From assembly GCA_009914755.4 (NCBI GenBank), contig CP086569.2, positions 13,728,001 to 13,792,000 on the forward strand: 64,000 nucleotides of DNA, read 5' to 3'. Numbering within the stretch: position 1 is the stretch's first letter; every line of letters starts with the position of its first letter. Under the pieces are notes generated by a model. That model saw only the letters and a program-made list of their open reading frames with translations. It searched no databases and was not told where the DNA came from. Shown here piece by piece: positions 16,411 to 27,753 of this stretch. The translations under genes were made by a program, and so were the position numbers. Origin of the DNA: the human T2T-CHM13v2.0 reference genome, Homo sapiens.

Positions 16411-16962
16411 CTCTGCTTATGTTTACGACTTTATAGACAAGAACACCAGAGGCATTTAAGCATGATAAGTGTTTGAACTTACACATTAGGAAAGTGTTTA
16501 TGACAGAAATTGAGGGACACTTAAAAATAAAGTTCATTAATGGTTTAGTATAGGCTTTTTTTAGAGCTTGATTAATTCTTATTTTTACCTCGTCATGAAT
16601 TACTGTTTAAACAGATAATATGTATCATAGTGTGATAGAACATAAAGAACTTAAGAGGTAAGGCCAAACAAGCTGGTTTTCAAAGCATCATTCCACCTAA
16701 TAAACTGTATCAAATTATTCTTTTTGACTTCCCTACTCAACCCCATTGTCTTAGCTTTAAAGTAGGGATGGATATGTACCTCTAACAGGGCTTTTATCAA
16801 GGTAAAGATGAGCTATAATCTGTGTAAGGAATCTAATACAGTGCCCAGTACAAAATAAGCAACTGATAAAAGATATTACTTATTAATAACATTGTATGAT
16901 TAATATACTTGACATGATGTGTTAAATACTGCATATGTGTTTTTCATCAAGTTCACAGTTAA

Positions 16963-17278
<316 letters not shown>

Positions 17279-17300
17279 GAAGGATAAGATTTAGAAACCA

Positions 17301-18134
17301 GGCTGGGCACGATGGCTCACACATGTAATCCTAGCATTTGGGGAGGATGAGGCAGAAGGATCACTTGACCCCAGGAGTTGAAGGACAGCATAGTCAAGAG
17401 CAAGAACCCATCTCTACAAAAAACAAAACAAAAAACAAAAAAAACTTGCCTGGGCATGTTGGTACCCACTTGTAGGCCTAGCCACTAGGGAGGCTGAGGT
17501 GGGAGGATCACCAAAGGCAGCAGTCCCCAACCTTCCAGCACAAGGGACCAGTTTTATGGAAGATCATTTTTTTCACAGACTGAGGATGGGGGGTAGTTTT
17601 GGGGTGATTCAGGTGTCTTACATTTACTGTGCCCTTTATTTCTGTTATTATTACATTATAATATATAATGAAATAATTATACATCTCACCATAATGACCA
17701 TAATGTAGAATCAGTGGGAGCCCTGAGCTTGTTTTCCTGCAGCTATATGGTCCCATCTGGAGGCAGTGGGAGACAGTAACAGATTATCACGCTTTAGATT
17801 CTTACAAGGAGTGCACAACCTACATCACTCACATGTGTAGTTCATAGTAGGGTTCTTGCTCTTTTGAGAATCGAATGCTGTCCCTGATCTGACAAGAGAT
17901 GAAGCTCTGGTGGTAATGCAAGCCATGGGGAGTGGTTTAAATACAGATGAAGCTTCACCAGCTTGCCTACCACTCACTGGCTGCTGTGCAGCCCAGTTCC
18001 CAATAGGACACATATCAGTACTGGCTGGGGATCCCTGGCATAAGCCCAGGAGTTCAAGGCTACAGTGAGCTGATTGTGCCACTGCACGCCAGCCTGAGAA
18101 AAACCCTGTCTCTAAAAGATTAAAAAAAAAAAAA
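17301..18134 (+). mobile_element. Single Alu split into two parts (17301-17512 and 18043-18134) by a ~520-bp insertion
   Basis: The left part ends at Alu position ~235 (...ggaggctgaggtgggaggatcacc). The right part resumes at ~240 (cccaggagttcaaggctacagtgagctgattgtgccactgcacgccagcctg...aaaaaaaaaaaa). Confidence 0.75.
17518..18037. mobile_element. Non-autonomous hAT-Charlie (MER1-like) DNA transposon inserted inside the Alu
   Basis: Terminal inverted repeats cagTCCCCAaCC at 17521 and GGcTGGGGAtccctg at 18023-18037. Internal sequence ...agcacaagggaccagttttatggaagatcatttttttcacagactgagg... resembles the MER1 consensus (ggcaccagggaccggtttcgtggaagacaatttttccacggac). Confidence 0.55.
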
Positions 18135-18186
18135 CTAAACCTATAGAATACATTCTTTTAATTTGTTTCATTAATAATATCTTTAG

Positions 18187-18328
18187 GTATGAATGTGAAG
18201 AATCTTTTACAACTTTGAATGTGGATATTAGAAATCATCAAAATCTTCTTGACTCTTTGGAACAGTATATCAAAGGAGATTTATTGGAAGGTGCAAATGC
18301 ATATCATTGTGAAAAATGTGATAAAAAG
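18187..18328 (+). CDS. USP9Y: USP9 coding exon; peptide (R)[47 protein letters not shown]
   Basis: Acceptor ctttAG at 18185-18186; donor AAG|GTATTT at 18329. In frame with the upstream and downstream exons. Matches the USP9 family sequence. Confidence 0.85.
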
Positions 18329-18751
18329 GTATTTTTTTTTACTTTTGAAAAATAATGATTGCATTGAACAGAATAGGAGGACATTGGAGTTGTTTATGCT
18401 CATCTTCAAAATTAACTTCTGCTTTATCTCTGCTGTTACAGTGGTAGCAGAGAGGTGGTCAACATGATAACTGGTTTAAAGCAAAATAACATTGAGAAAA
18501 TACAGTGCGTGGCAGACTAGGAAAAACAGAACATTTTTATTGGGTGAATAATTTTGAAAGTCATAGAATCTTACAAGTTTTTCCATCTCTGCCCTGAAAT
18601 CAATTGCAATTGAATGCTTCAATCTTGAAGAGTTGGTAGTAGAAAACATTATTTTCTTACTCTAGTTTCCTCTTGAAGTAGGGAAGCTTGCTAATTTTAT
18701 TGGGTTACATCAGATTTTCACAACCACGTGTAGTTTCACTAACAGATCTCA

Positions 18752-19055
18752 TTTTTTTGAATTTTTTTTTTATTTCAGACGGAGTCTTGCACTGTCATCC
18801 AGGTTGGAGTGCAATGGTGTGATCTCGGCTCACTGCAACCTCTGCCTCCTGGTTCAAGCAATTCTCCCACCTCAGCCTCCCAACTAGCTGAGATTACAGG
18901 CACCTGCCAGCACGCCAGGCTAATTTTTTGTGTTTTTAGTAGAGGCAGGGTTTCACTATGTTGGCCAGGCTTGTCCTGAACTCCTGACCTCATGATCTGT
19001 CTGCCTTGGCCTCCCAAAGTGCTGGGAATACAGGCGTGAGCCACTGCACCCAGCC
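18752..19055 (-). mobile_element. Alu SINE (antisense)
   Basis: Poly-T start, then cagacggagtcttgcactgtcatccaggttggagtgcaatgg ... ends ggcgtgagccactgcacccagcc. Confidence 0.9.
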
Positions 19056-20139
19056 CAGATTTCATTTTTTGGGCCTAGCCAGCTAATTTTTATCTCTGGC
19101 ACTTAGTTTGGGAGATGGAATGATAACATGTCTTTTAAGATATTATATATTAAAAAATGTATGTGTTTTCCTTGACCTTCAAAACCCCTCACCTTCAAGC
19201 TGCCTACATGGTTTTGAACTTATGCACCACTTAGATTGTGGTTTGTTTATAAAGCCATACTGCCTGTTACCCACACTTCTGACAGTTGGGACTATTTCTT
19301 CTCACCCTTTCTGCTACTCTTAATCCACATGTTTTAAAATAATTATACATAGGTAGTACCTTTTTATAAGACAGTGAGGATTAAATTCATTAATATGTGT
19401 GCAGCACTTAGTGTATTACCTGGTTTTTAAGTGCTATAAATATTAGCTGCTATTAAAATTGCTTATCATATGTCTTCAGTTTACTCACAGCAAATTCTGT
19501 TCATTAGCATAAAAGAAAACATCAGAGGAGTAACACAGTCAAGTAATAGTGGCCATATGGAACTACATAGCCATCAGTGTCTTTATCAGTAATGTTTTCC
19601 AGTTTGCAAGAAATGAAGGACCTTTCATATCCACAGCTTCTGCAAACACCATTTCCTCTAAACATGTATGAAAAATATTTGAAAACAAAAAATAACAGTA
19701 CTACCATAAAAAGTAATATAAATTCAAAAGCCATTACAGTGTAATAACCATCTACATAGCATACTTAATACATTGTATTAAGTAGGTTATGTAGAGATGG
19801 TTTAAACTATACAGGAGGATGTCTGTAGATGATATGTAAATACTGCTCCATTTTAAATCAGAAACTTGAGCAGACACAGATTTTGATATTTATGGGGGTC
19901 CTAGAGCCAGTCCCCTACAGATACCAAAGGATGAGTATATTTATATATTTTTAGCTTTGGTAAGTAAGGATTCTTTAAGTCAGTTATGACATAATTACCC
20001 TGATGGTATTTATTTTTATTTACTCATCTGCTTATAAATAAATTTAAATAGACTGTAAACTTTAAAATTAACATGAAATTGTTTTAGTTTCTGTTCTAGT
20101 TACAAGAGAACATTTGTTTATATTCTCTGTTTATTATAG

Positions 20140-20890
20140 GTTGACACAGTAAAGCGCCTGCTAATTAAAAAATTGCCTCGGGTTCTTGCTATCCAACTCA
20201 AACGATTTGACTATGACTGGGAAAGAGAATGTGCAATTAAATTCAATGATTATTTTGAATTTCCTCGAGAGCTGGATATGGGACCTTACACAGTAGCAGG
20301 TGTTGCAAACCTGGAAAGGGATAATGTAAACTCAGAAAATGAGTTGATTGAACAGAAAGAGCAGTCTGACAATGAAACTGCAGGAGGCACAAAGTACAGA
20401 CTTGTAGGAGTGCTTGTACACAGTGGTCAAGCAAGCGGTGGGCATTATTATTCTTACATCATTCAAAGGAATGGTAAAGATGATCAGACAGATCACTGGT
20501 ATAAATTTGATGATGGAGATGTAACAGAATGCAAAATGGATGATGATGAAGAAATGAAAAATCAGTGTTTTGGTGGAGAGTACATGGGAGAAGTATTTGA
20601 TCACATGATGAAGCGCATGTCATATAGGCGACAGAAGAGGTGGTGGAATGCTTACATACTTTTTTATGAACAAATGGATATGATAGATGAAGATGATGAG
20701 ATGATAAGATACATATCAGAGCTAACTATTGCAAGACCCCATCAGATCATTATGTCACCAGCCATTGAGAGAAGTGTACGGAAACAAAATGTGAAATTTA
20801 TGCATAACCGATTGCAATATAGTTTAGAGTATTTTCAGTTTGTGAAAAAACTGCTTACATGTAATGGTGTTTATTTAAACCCTGCTCCAG
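20140..20890 (+). CDS. USP9Y: USP9 coding exon (751 nt) encoding the His-box of the USP/C19 peptidase domain (…[19 protein letters not shown]…AYILFYEQ…)
   Basis: Acceptor ttatAG at 20138-20139; donor CAG|GTAAGC at 20891. A 250-codon open frame overlaps the supplied ORF 20173..20901. The conserved USP His-box motif GGHYYSY and the YILFYE motif are present. Confidence 0.9.
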
Positions 20891-21285
20891 GTAAGCTTTG
20901 AAAGTAGCTTCTTCTAATAAAGAATAGTTTTTATTTGGCTTCTAGGATACCTTACAGGGCATCAAATGTGTTTCACCTTTTTCTTCAGTTTTCTTTTATT
21001 TTTTCATAGAATCTTTAACCTCATTTTATATGAATGTGTTGGCTTTTTTGGTATAGTTATTTTAAAATGAAAAAATTATGATATCTGTACCTTTGAACAG
21101 TGATTCTTAATATATGGAAATATAGAAAAGCATTTGTTGTAGTAATTACTATTTTTTACTCAAGAATTAGTTTGAAATATGGGTTAGGGAAGGGGTAAGA
21201 TAATCACTAAGAATAACTAAGATTTTTTAACATAGAGTTTGAAGATAAAAATGTTTTTAACCATATATATACTTTTTATTTAAAG

Positions 21286-21409
21286 GGCAGGATTATTTGT
21301 TGCCTGAAGCAGAAGAAATTACTATGATTAGTATTCAGCTTGCTGCTAGATTCCTCTTTACCACTGGATTTCACACCAAGAAAATAGTTCGTGGTCCTGC
21401 CAGTGACTG
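21286..21409 (+). CDS. USP9Y: USP9 coding exon; peptide (G)[40 protein letters not shown](W)
   Basis: Acceptor taaAG at 21284-21285; donor CTG|GTACAT at 21410. The W codon is split tg|g with the next exon, giving ...SDWYDALC..., as in USP9X/Y. Confidence 0.8.
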
Positions 21410-21689
21410 GTACATGGTTTTGGATTTCATTCTTATAGTACTTATAGTTGTTTGGTTCTTTATTTTTTCCTGTTTTATTTTTTCCTAACCATGAAAATAT
21501 CATTTCAAATTTAAAATATAGAATAAAAATCTTGGCAGTAGTCATGAGATAAATTAAATGTGCCTTTATTTAAAAACTGGCTCCTAGTCCTGTGAATTTG
21601 TATCATATCTGAGTCTATTTCATCATTTAATTATTTTATTTTTACTAGATGAAATTCTCACTTATAGTTAAAAAGGTAGATGATTTTTA

Positions 21690-21812
21690 GGTCAGGTGTG
21701 GTGGCTTATACCTGTAATCCCAACACTTCAAGAGGCCAAGGTGGCAGGACTTGAGGCCAGGAATTTAAGACCAGCTTGGGCAACATAGTGAAACCTCGTC
21801 TCAACAAAAAGT
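21690..21812 (+). mobile_element. Alu left-monomer-like (FLAM-type) fragment
   Basis: ggtcaggtgtggtggcttatacctgtaatcccaacacttcaagaggccaaggtggcagg...cgtctcaacaaaaag. Confidence 0.5.
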
Positions 21813-21817
21813 TAAAT

Positions 21818-22137
21818 TACCTCAGTGTGGTGACTCACACCTGTAGTCCTAGCACTTTAGGATCCACCTAATCCACCAGGCTGGGATGGGTAGATCACTT
21901 TAGGCCTGGAGTTTGAGGCTAGCCTAGGCAACATAGCAAGATATCTTGTATACAAAAAAAAAAAAAATTAAAATAATTAGCTAGTAGCTTGTTCACGTAG
22001 AGCCAGCTACTTGGGAGGCTGAGGCAGTAGTATCATTTGAGCCCAGGAGTTTGAAGCTGAAGTTAGCTGTAATTGCACCACTACATTTATTTCAGCTTGG
22101 TCAGTAGAGACTCTGCCTCTTTAAAAATTAAAAAAAG
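21818..22137 (+). mobile_element. Diverged Alu SINE
   Basis: cctcagtgtggtgactcacacctgtagtcctagcactttagg ... gagccagctacttgggaggctgaggcagtag ... tail ttaaaaattaaaaaaag. Confidence 0.7.
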
Positions 22138-22513
22138 ACAATTTTAAAATAGCTGTATAGTTTTAAGTTACTATTAATTATAAAAGTACGGAATACATTA
22201 TAATGCCTTGATTTAACAACTCTTAGCATTGCTCACGTTGAAAGATATTAAAGAAATGTTACTTCACTGGGGAGAGTTTGATCATGGATTTGCAGAGAGC
22301 TACATATATTTCGTATTTCATTCCTTTTTTTGACTCTGTGGGACTAAAGTCACACAGCTTTATCAATCTGATATTTGTACTAAAACCAACTGACCGTTAA
22401 TTGGAGAGAACATCTCAGATCGTTGTTTGGTTCATAAAAATCTGTTTCTTCCATGTACCAAGCAAAATAAACACATCACTAAAATTTGACGTTCATAGAT
22501 GTTTCTGTTTTAG

Positions 22514-22739
22514 GTATGATGCACTGTGCGTTCTTCTCCGTCACAGCAAAAATGTACGTTTTTGGTTTACTCATAATGTCCTTTTTAATGTATCAAATCG
22601 CTTCTCTGAATACCTTCTGGAGTGCCCTAGTGCAGAAGTGAGGGGTGCATTTGCAAAACTTATAGTGTTTATTGCACACTTTTCCTTGCAAGATGGGTCT
22701 TGTCCTTCTCCTTTTGCATCTCCAGGACCTTCTAGTCAG
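22514..22739 (+). CDS. USP9Y: USP9 coding exon; peptide [75 protein letters not shown]
   Basis: Acceptor ttttAG at 22512-22513; donor CAG|GTAATT at 22740. The supplied ORF 22401..22784 reads through both ends into intron. Confidence 0.85.
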
Positions 22740-23337
22740 GTAATTGCATGGCTTTTTTTTTTTTTTAAGCAATTAAATACTTAGAAGTAAATTCTGTTTC
22801 TGCAAATTCATATTAGCAAATTTATGTTCCTCTCTTTGATGTATTCACCATAAACAAATTCATACGTATGTTATGACACTTGTGAGTTCGTAAAATTATT
22901 TCATGGTAATAGTGATTGCTGGGCATTCTGAAAAAGAAGGGAAATTCCTTTTGTGTATTCAATTATTTAGTTATTTAGTAAATCCTTAAGTTTGACATTT
23001 TTAAGATTTATTTTTATAATGGCTAAAGGCTTTTCAGTGAAACACTGTAACATGAAATTGACATTAGTGATAATGTAAATAAATAATCCACTTAAATTCT
23101 TCTGTTGAAGTTGCCAGGGCTTTTTGTTTGTTTGTTTGTTTGTTTTACAGTTACAGTAACATACAAGATCTACAATGAAGTCTAGCCGAGCTCTTCATTC
23201 TCTCTCTCAAAGAGCAACTATATTTAATAATTTTCTTTCTGAAAGATTTGCTCCGTATAGGAACATAACCTTTTGTATGCAAATAAAAGCTGTTTCTGCA
23301 TCTTGATGCTGATAAAATAATATTTCATTTTTCACAG

Positions 23338-23467
23338 GCATGTGATAACTTGAGCTTGAGTGACCACTTACTAAGAGCCACACTAAATCTCTTGAGAAGG
23401 GAAGTTTCAGAGCATGGACATCATTTACAGCAATATTTTAATTTGTTTGTAATGTATGCCAATTTAG
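23338..23467 (+). CDS. USP9Y: USP9 coding exon; peptide [43 protein letters not shown](G)
   Basis: Acceptor cacAG at 23336-23337; donor TTAG|GTAAGA at 23468. Frame is consistent. Confidence 0.85.
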
Positions 23468-24477
23468 GTAAGAATTTTTCACAACTATATTAATGATTGT
23501 TTCAATTTCAAATATTAAATGGGAAGCACATTTTAATCAAGTGATTACATGTAATTTGTTCTGAAGTAGAAGCAATATACCATATTCATATTCTTAAAAT
23601 GCATTGCAAATTTTCTGTGTAACTTTAATGGCATTTCTCATATTATATGGTAATTTATGCACTTGTTTTATTTCTCTGGTAATCTTTAAGATCACATACT
23701 TTGTCTGATTGATGTTATCTCTTAACATTGCTTTTTGAAAAATACTGGCTTCCTGGTCATACCCCACACTATCTGAATCAGAATTCCTAGGGCTTGGATA
23801 AGGAATCCATATTTCTAAAGGACCCCAAGTGCTTGTGTTGCTTATCAGGTTTAAGAATTATTTCTTTAAAGAATTTGACATGTACATATGTTTTATTAAA
23901 ATAAACTAAATTGAAATTAATAATAATGCAAATTTATAATCCACTTTAATTCTTCTGTTGATATTAATATTAACATCAATTAAGAAATGTGATTTTCAGT
24001 ATATCTTTCTTAAGGTAGCCTGCTTTTTCTCACATCAACCTATTTATTTCTTCTTTTGAGTGCCTCTAGAATGCTTACCCAAAAAATTCTGTTTGGCTTA
24101 TTCCATTGTGTTTTGATGGTTTTTAAAATATTTGCCTTACTCCCCAGCTAGGTAGCAGAATTCTTGCAATGAGTGGGGATTGCATAGAACAACTCAGTCA
24201 TTGTTGAATGCATGGATAGATTGCCAGGAATCCACATCAAAAATCATTATAGTGTTTTCAATGTTGTTTTATGTTGTTTTTATTGTGTGGAAAGAAGAGT
24301 AAATTTATTACAGATGTAGTTATCCAATTTGAATATCAGCAATTCAGGTGTTAGTACAACAATATTTCAAAATTAATAATTTATTGATATAATTAAAATT
24401 TATTGACTAGTTAAAATTTTAGTGTTAGTAATAAGTATTTGATCACATTTTTTGAAGATTTGACTCAATTAGCACAT

Positions 24478-24611
24478 ACACTTTTATATCTATGATATTT
24501 GTGATTTTTAAAAGTTAAATTTTATAACTGTGTATCTATATTACACTTTTATATCTGTGGTATTTGTGATTTTTAAAAGTTATTCAGCTAACTTTTAAAA
24601 ATCACAAATAT
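24478..24611. repeat. Direct duplication (~40 bp, period ~65 bp) followed by a perfect 22-bp inverted repeat with a 6-nt loop (hairpin 24561-24610)
   Basis: acacttttatatctatgatatttgtgatttttaaaagtta at 24478-24517; acacttttatatctgtggtatttgtgatttttaaaagtta at 24543-24582; then loop ttcagc and taacttttaaaaatcacaaata at 24589-24610, the exact reverse complement of tatttgtgatttttaaaagtta. Confidence 0.8.
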
Positions 24612-25907
24612 CTTACTACCTAAAGTTAAGTTCTGTAGTCATGCATTCTTCTAATGAAAGTGTTATATGTGTTATTAATCTTTAACTTGAGCAGGAAGAA
24701 CATTTTATCAGTTATTCTTCCTTCTCTGATCATCTCTGTGTTTTCTCTTTCTCTGCCTTGCCTGACTACATATGAGATTCCTGGATACTTGTAATAGAGT
24801 AAGAAGCAGATATTACACAAACATAAATGAAGTCACTTTTATATTTTAAATATAAAAGTATTAAGTTTATGCATTCACAAAAATCCTATTTTATACTATT
24901 TTATTTTAGATATTGGCTGCTCATATACAACACATTGATGGTTTATAATACAACTTAATGATAATTTTCCCTGCCAAGAATTAGTGTAGATTTATGACTC
25001 TTAAGTCATTAGGGCAGTATGTTTTAGGTTTTAGAAGTTTTTGGATTTCAGAAAAATGAGACAATGCGTTTGCCACACGTCGTGTGAGATTCCCAGTAAG
25101 GCCTCAGGCAGTACCCTACAATCAAACATGCTAATATTTCTGTGATGAATAATTAATATTTCCTTTAAGGGTGGAAGAAGCAGCTTGCCAGGAGAAAGGG
25201 GTTGGTTAGGATTTTTTAAACAGAGTGGTTGGTGCATGCAGGCTTAGTATTGACATAACTTTGCTTCTTAGACACAGTGTGAGGTATTCAGTGTGACTTT
25301 ATACAGTGAAGAATACAGAATAGCAGGACTGATTTCCAGGATTCTCTAATTATGCTACTCTGATTTTGTAAAGTGTTCTGGACATTATCAGGAGGGCATG
25401 AATGGACCACTAGAGGATCACAAGAAGCTTAACTTAAAAACATCACACTGTCTATAACGTAGAATGGCTTACGATAGACCAAGATAAGAAAGTATTAAAA
25501 ATTATCAATAGAAAAAAATTGCGGCTGCTTTATATTAGGGAAACTGGCAGTATGGAAGACAGGTATGAACAGATGCAGGAGCTCTTTATGAGTTAGAATC
25601 AGCAGGAGTTGGTAATTTGATATTTGAGAAAGCGGAGCAGGAAAGAGATGTTAAGCCTACATCCAGCATGTGACTTGATGAACTGAGAAAATAGTAGTGC
25701 CATTTTCTGATAGAGGAAAAAGGAGTTGTGTGAGCAGATTGCATTTTAAAAACATATGGGATACCTATATAAAGAAATCCAGTAGTGGGATACATATGTC
25801 CAGAATTTGGAATCATCTAAAATCATTTGGATACATCTATTACTATAGATGTAGTTACAAAAAACAAGCCACGTAAGGGAATGTCCTAGAATGGAAACTT
25901 TTTCTAG

Positions 25908-26264
<357 letters not shown>

Positions 26265-26606
26265 TAGTTTCTGTCTTACTTTCTTATGATGAAAGTTATT
26301 CTTTAGCTAGGGCCTTCCAGCTTCTCTAGGCCCTAGAAAGTATACATTTCCCTTAGTACCTAGGCTAATTGGAATGCCATAGTCATGATCATTATTTCAG
26401 GGTTACGGTACTGTATCTTATTTAATTATATCAGTGTATTTTCTGTTCTGTCAGCATTCTGCCTGTATTGTTTCTATTCTAAGCAAAGAGAATGAGCTTT
26501 TAGTAATATAACTTACAAAGAGCTATAATAATTAATTTTTAATTATTGCAGTACTTACCCTCTTAGTTTTTTTTTCTACATATTATTTTTCTGTCCTTTT
26601 TTATAG

Positions 26607-26792
26607 GTGTGGCAGAAAAAACACAGCTTCTGAAATTGAATGTACCTGCTACCTTTATGCTTGTGTCTTTAGACGAAGGACCAGGTCCTCCAATCAAATA
26701 TCAGTATGCTGAATTAGGCAAGTTATATTCAGTAGTGTCTCAGCTGATTCGTTGTTGCAATGTGTCATCAACAATGCAGTCTTCAATCAATG
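26607..26792 (+). CDS. USP9Y: USP9 coding exon; peptide (G)[61 protein letters not shown](G)
   Basis: Acceptor tatAG at 26605-26606; donor AATG|GTAAAG at 26793. Overlaps supplied ORF 26609..26830. Confidence 0.85.
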
Positions 26793-27206
26793 GTAAAGTA
26801 GCATGTTCCATTTCTTTTACAGCAGTTTAAAAATAATGCTAGCTTTATGTAGCACTTGATAAAAAGTAGCTCTGAAGATTTATAAAAATGAAATTAGTCT
26901 GAAGGCCTATGTTCTAGAATATTATATTTCTTAAGTTTTAGCTTTTTCATATGTTTAATAGGGAGTTTATTTTTTAAATGTAGGATACTGTGATATCTTA
27001 TGAAATGCTTAGTGTAAAAATGATAAACTTTGTCTTTAGTGTCAGCATTTATATTTTGCATTTTATCATCTTGGTATATACCTGACCATTTAGGTGAATT
27101 TTTAATTTAATTTAAAATCAGATTGTATTTTTTAAGTTAAGAAGTTTATTATTATAATTTTGTGAGGAATTCTATTGGTTTTTCATTGATAACAAATCTG
27201 TTCTAG

Positions 27207-27427
27207 GTAATCCCCCTCTCCCCAATCCTTTCGGTGACCTTAATTTATCACAGCCTATAATGCCAATTCAGCAGAATGTGTTAGACATTTTATTTGTGAG
27301 AACAAGTTATGTGAAGAAAATTATTGAAGACTGCAGTAACTCAGAGGATACCATCAAATTACTTCGCTTTTGCTCTTGGGAGAATCCTCAGTTCTCATCT
27401 ACTGTCCTCAGCGAACTTCTCTGGCAG
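27207..27427 (+). CDS. USP9Y: USP9 coding exon; peptide (G)[73 protein letters not shown]
   Basis: Acceptor tctAG at 27205-27206; donor CAG|GTGAAA at 27428. Overlaps supplied ORF 27260..27442. Confidence 0.85.
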
Positions 27428-27512
27428 GTGAAAGAAAAATAAACATTTATATATCTGTAATTCTATTCATTTTTTAAAAATACATAATTCACTATCTCTT
27501 ACCTATTTGTAG

Positions 27513-27601
27513 GTTGCATATTCATATACCTATGAACTTCGGCCATATTTAGATCTACTTTTCCAAATTTTACTGATTGAGGACTCCTGGCAGACTCACA
27601 G
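27513..27601 (+). CDS. USP9Y: USP9 coding exon; peptide [29 protein letters not shown](R)
   Basis: Acceptor tgtAG at 27511-27512; donor AG|GTGAAT at 27602. The R codon is completed (ag|a) by the exon at 36614, 9 kb downstream. Confidence 0.85.
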
Positions 27602-27753
27602 GTGAATACCCTTTTGCCACCAGAATAATTAGAATTTCCCAAGTTCTTGAAATGACTGGAATTGTCATTTGCCATACACATTTTTTATCTTTGATACTCC
27701 GCTTAATGTTGTCTTTAAAAACATATGAAGAAAAATTGCCACTTACTTGCATT

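Noticed and set aside
20173-20901. The 242-aa ORF taken at face value as a complete gene
   Set aside because: It is one internal exon of a spliced USP9 gene, flanked by an AG acceptor at 20138-20139 and a GT donor at 20891. The ORF's first 11 codons and its terminal KL* read into introns, and its Met is not a start codon.
22401-22784. The 127-aa ORF as an independent protein
   Set aside because: Only 22514-22739 is exon. The N-terminal 37 codons ([37 protein letters not shown]) and the C-terminal 15 are intronic read-through.
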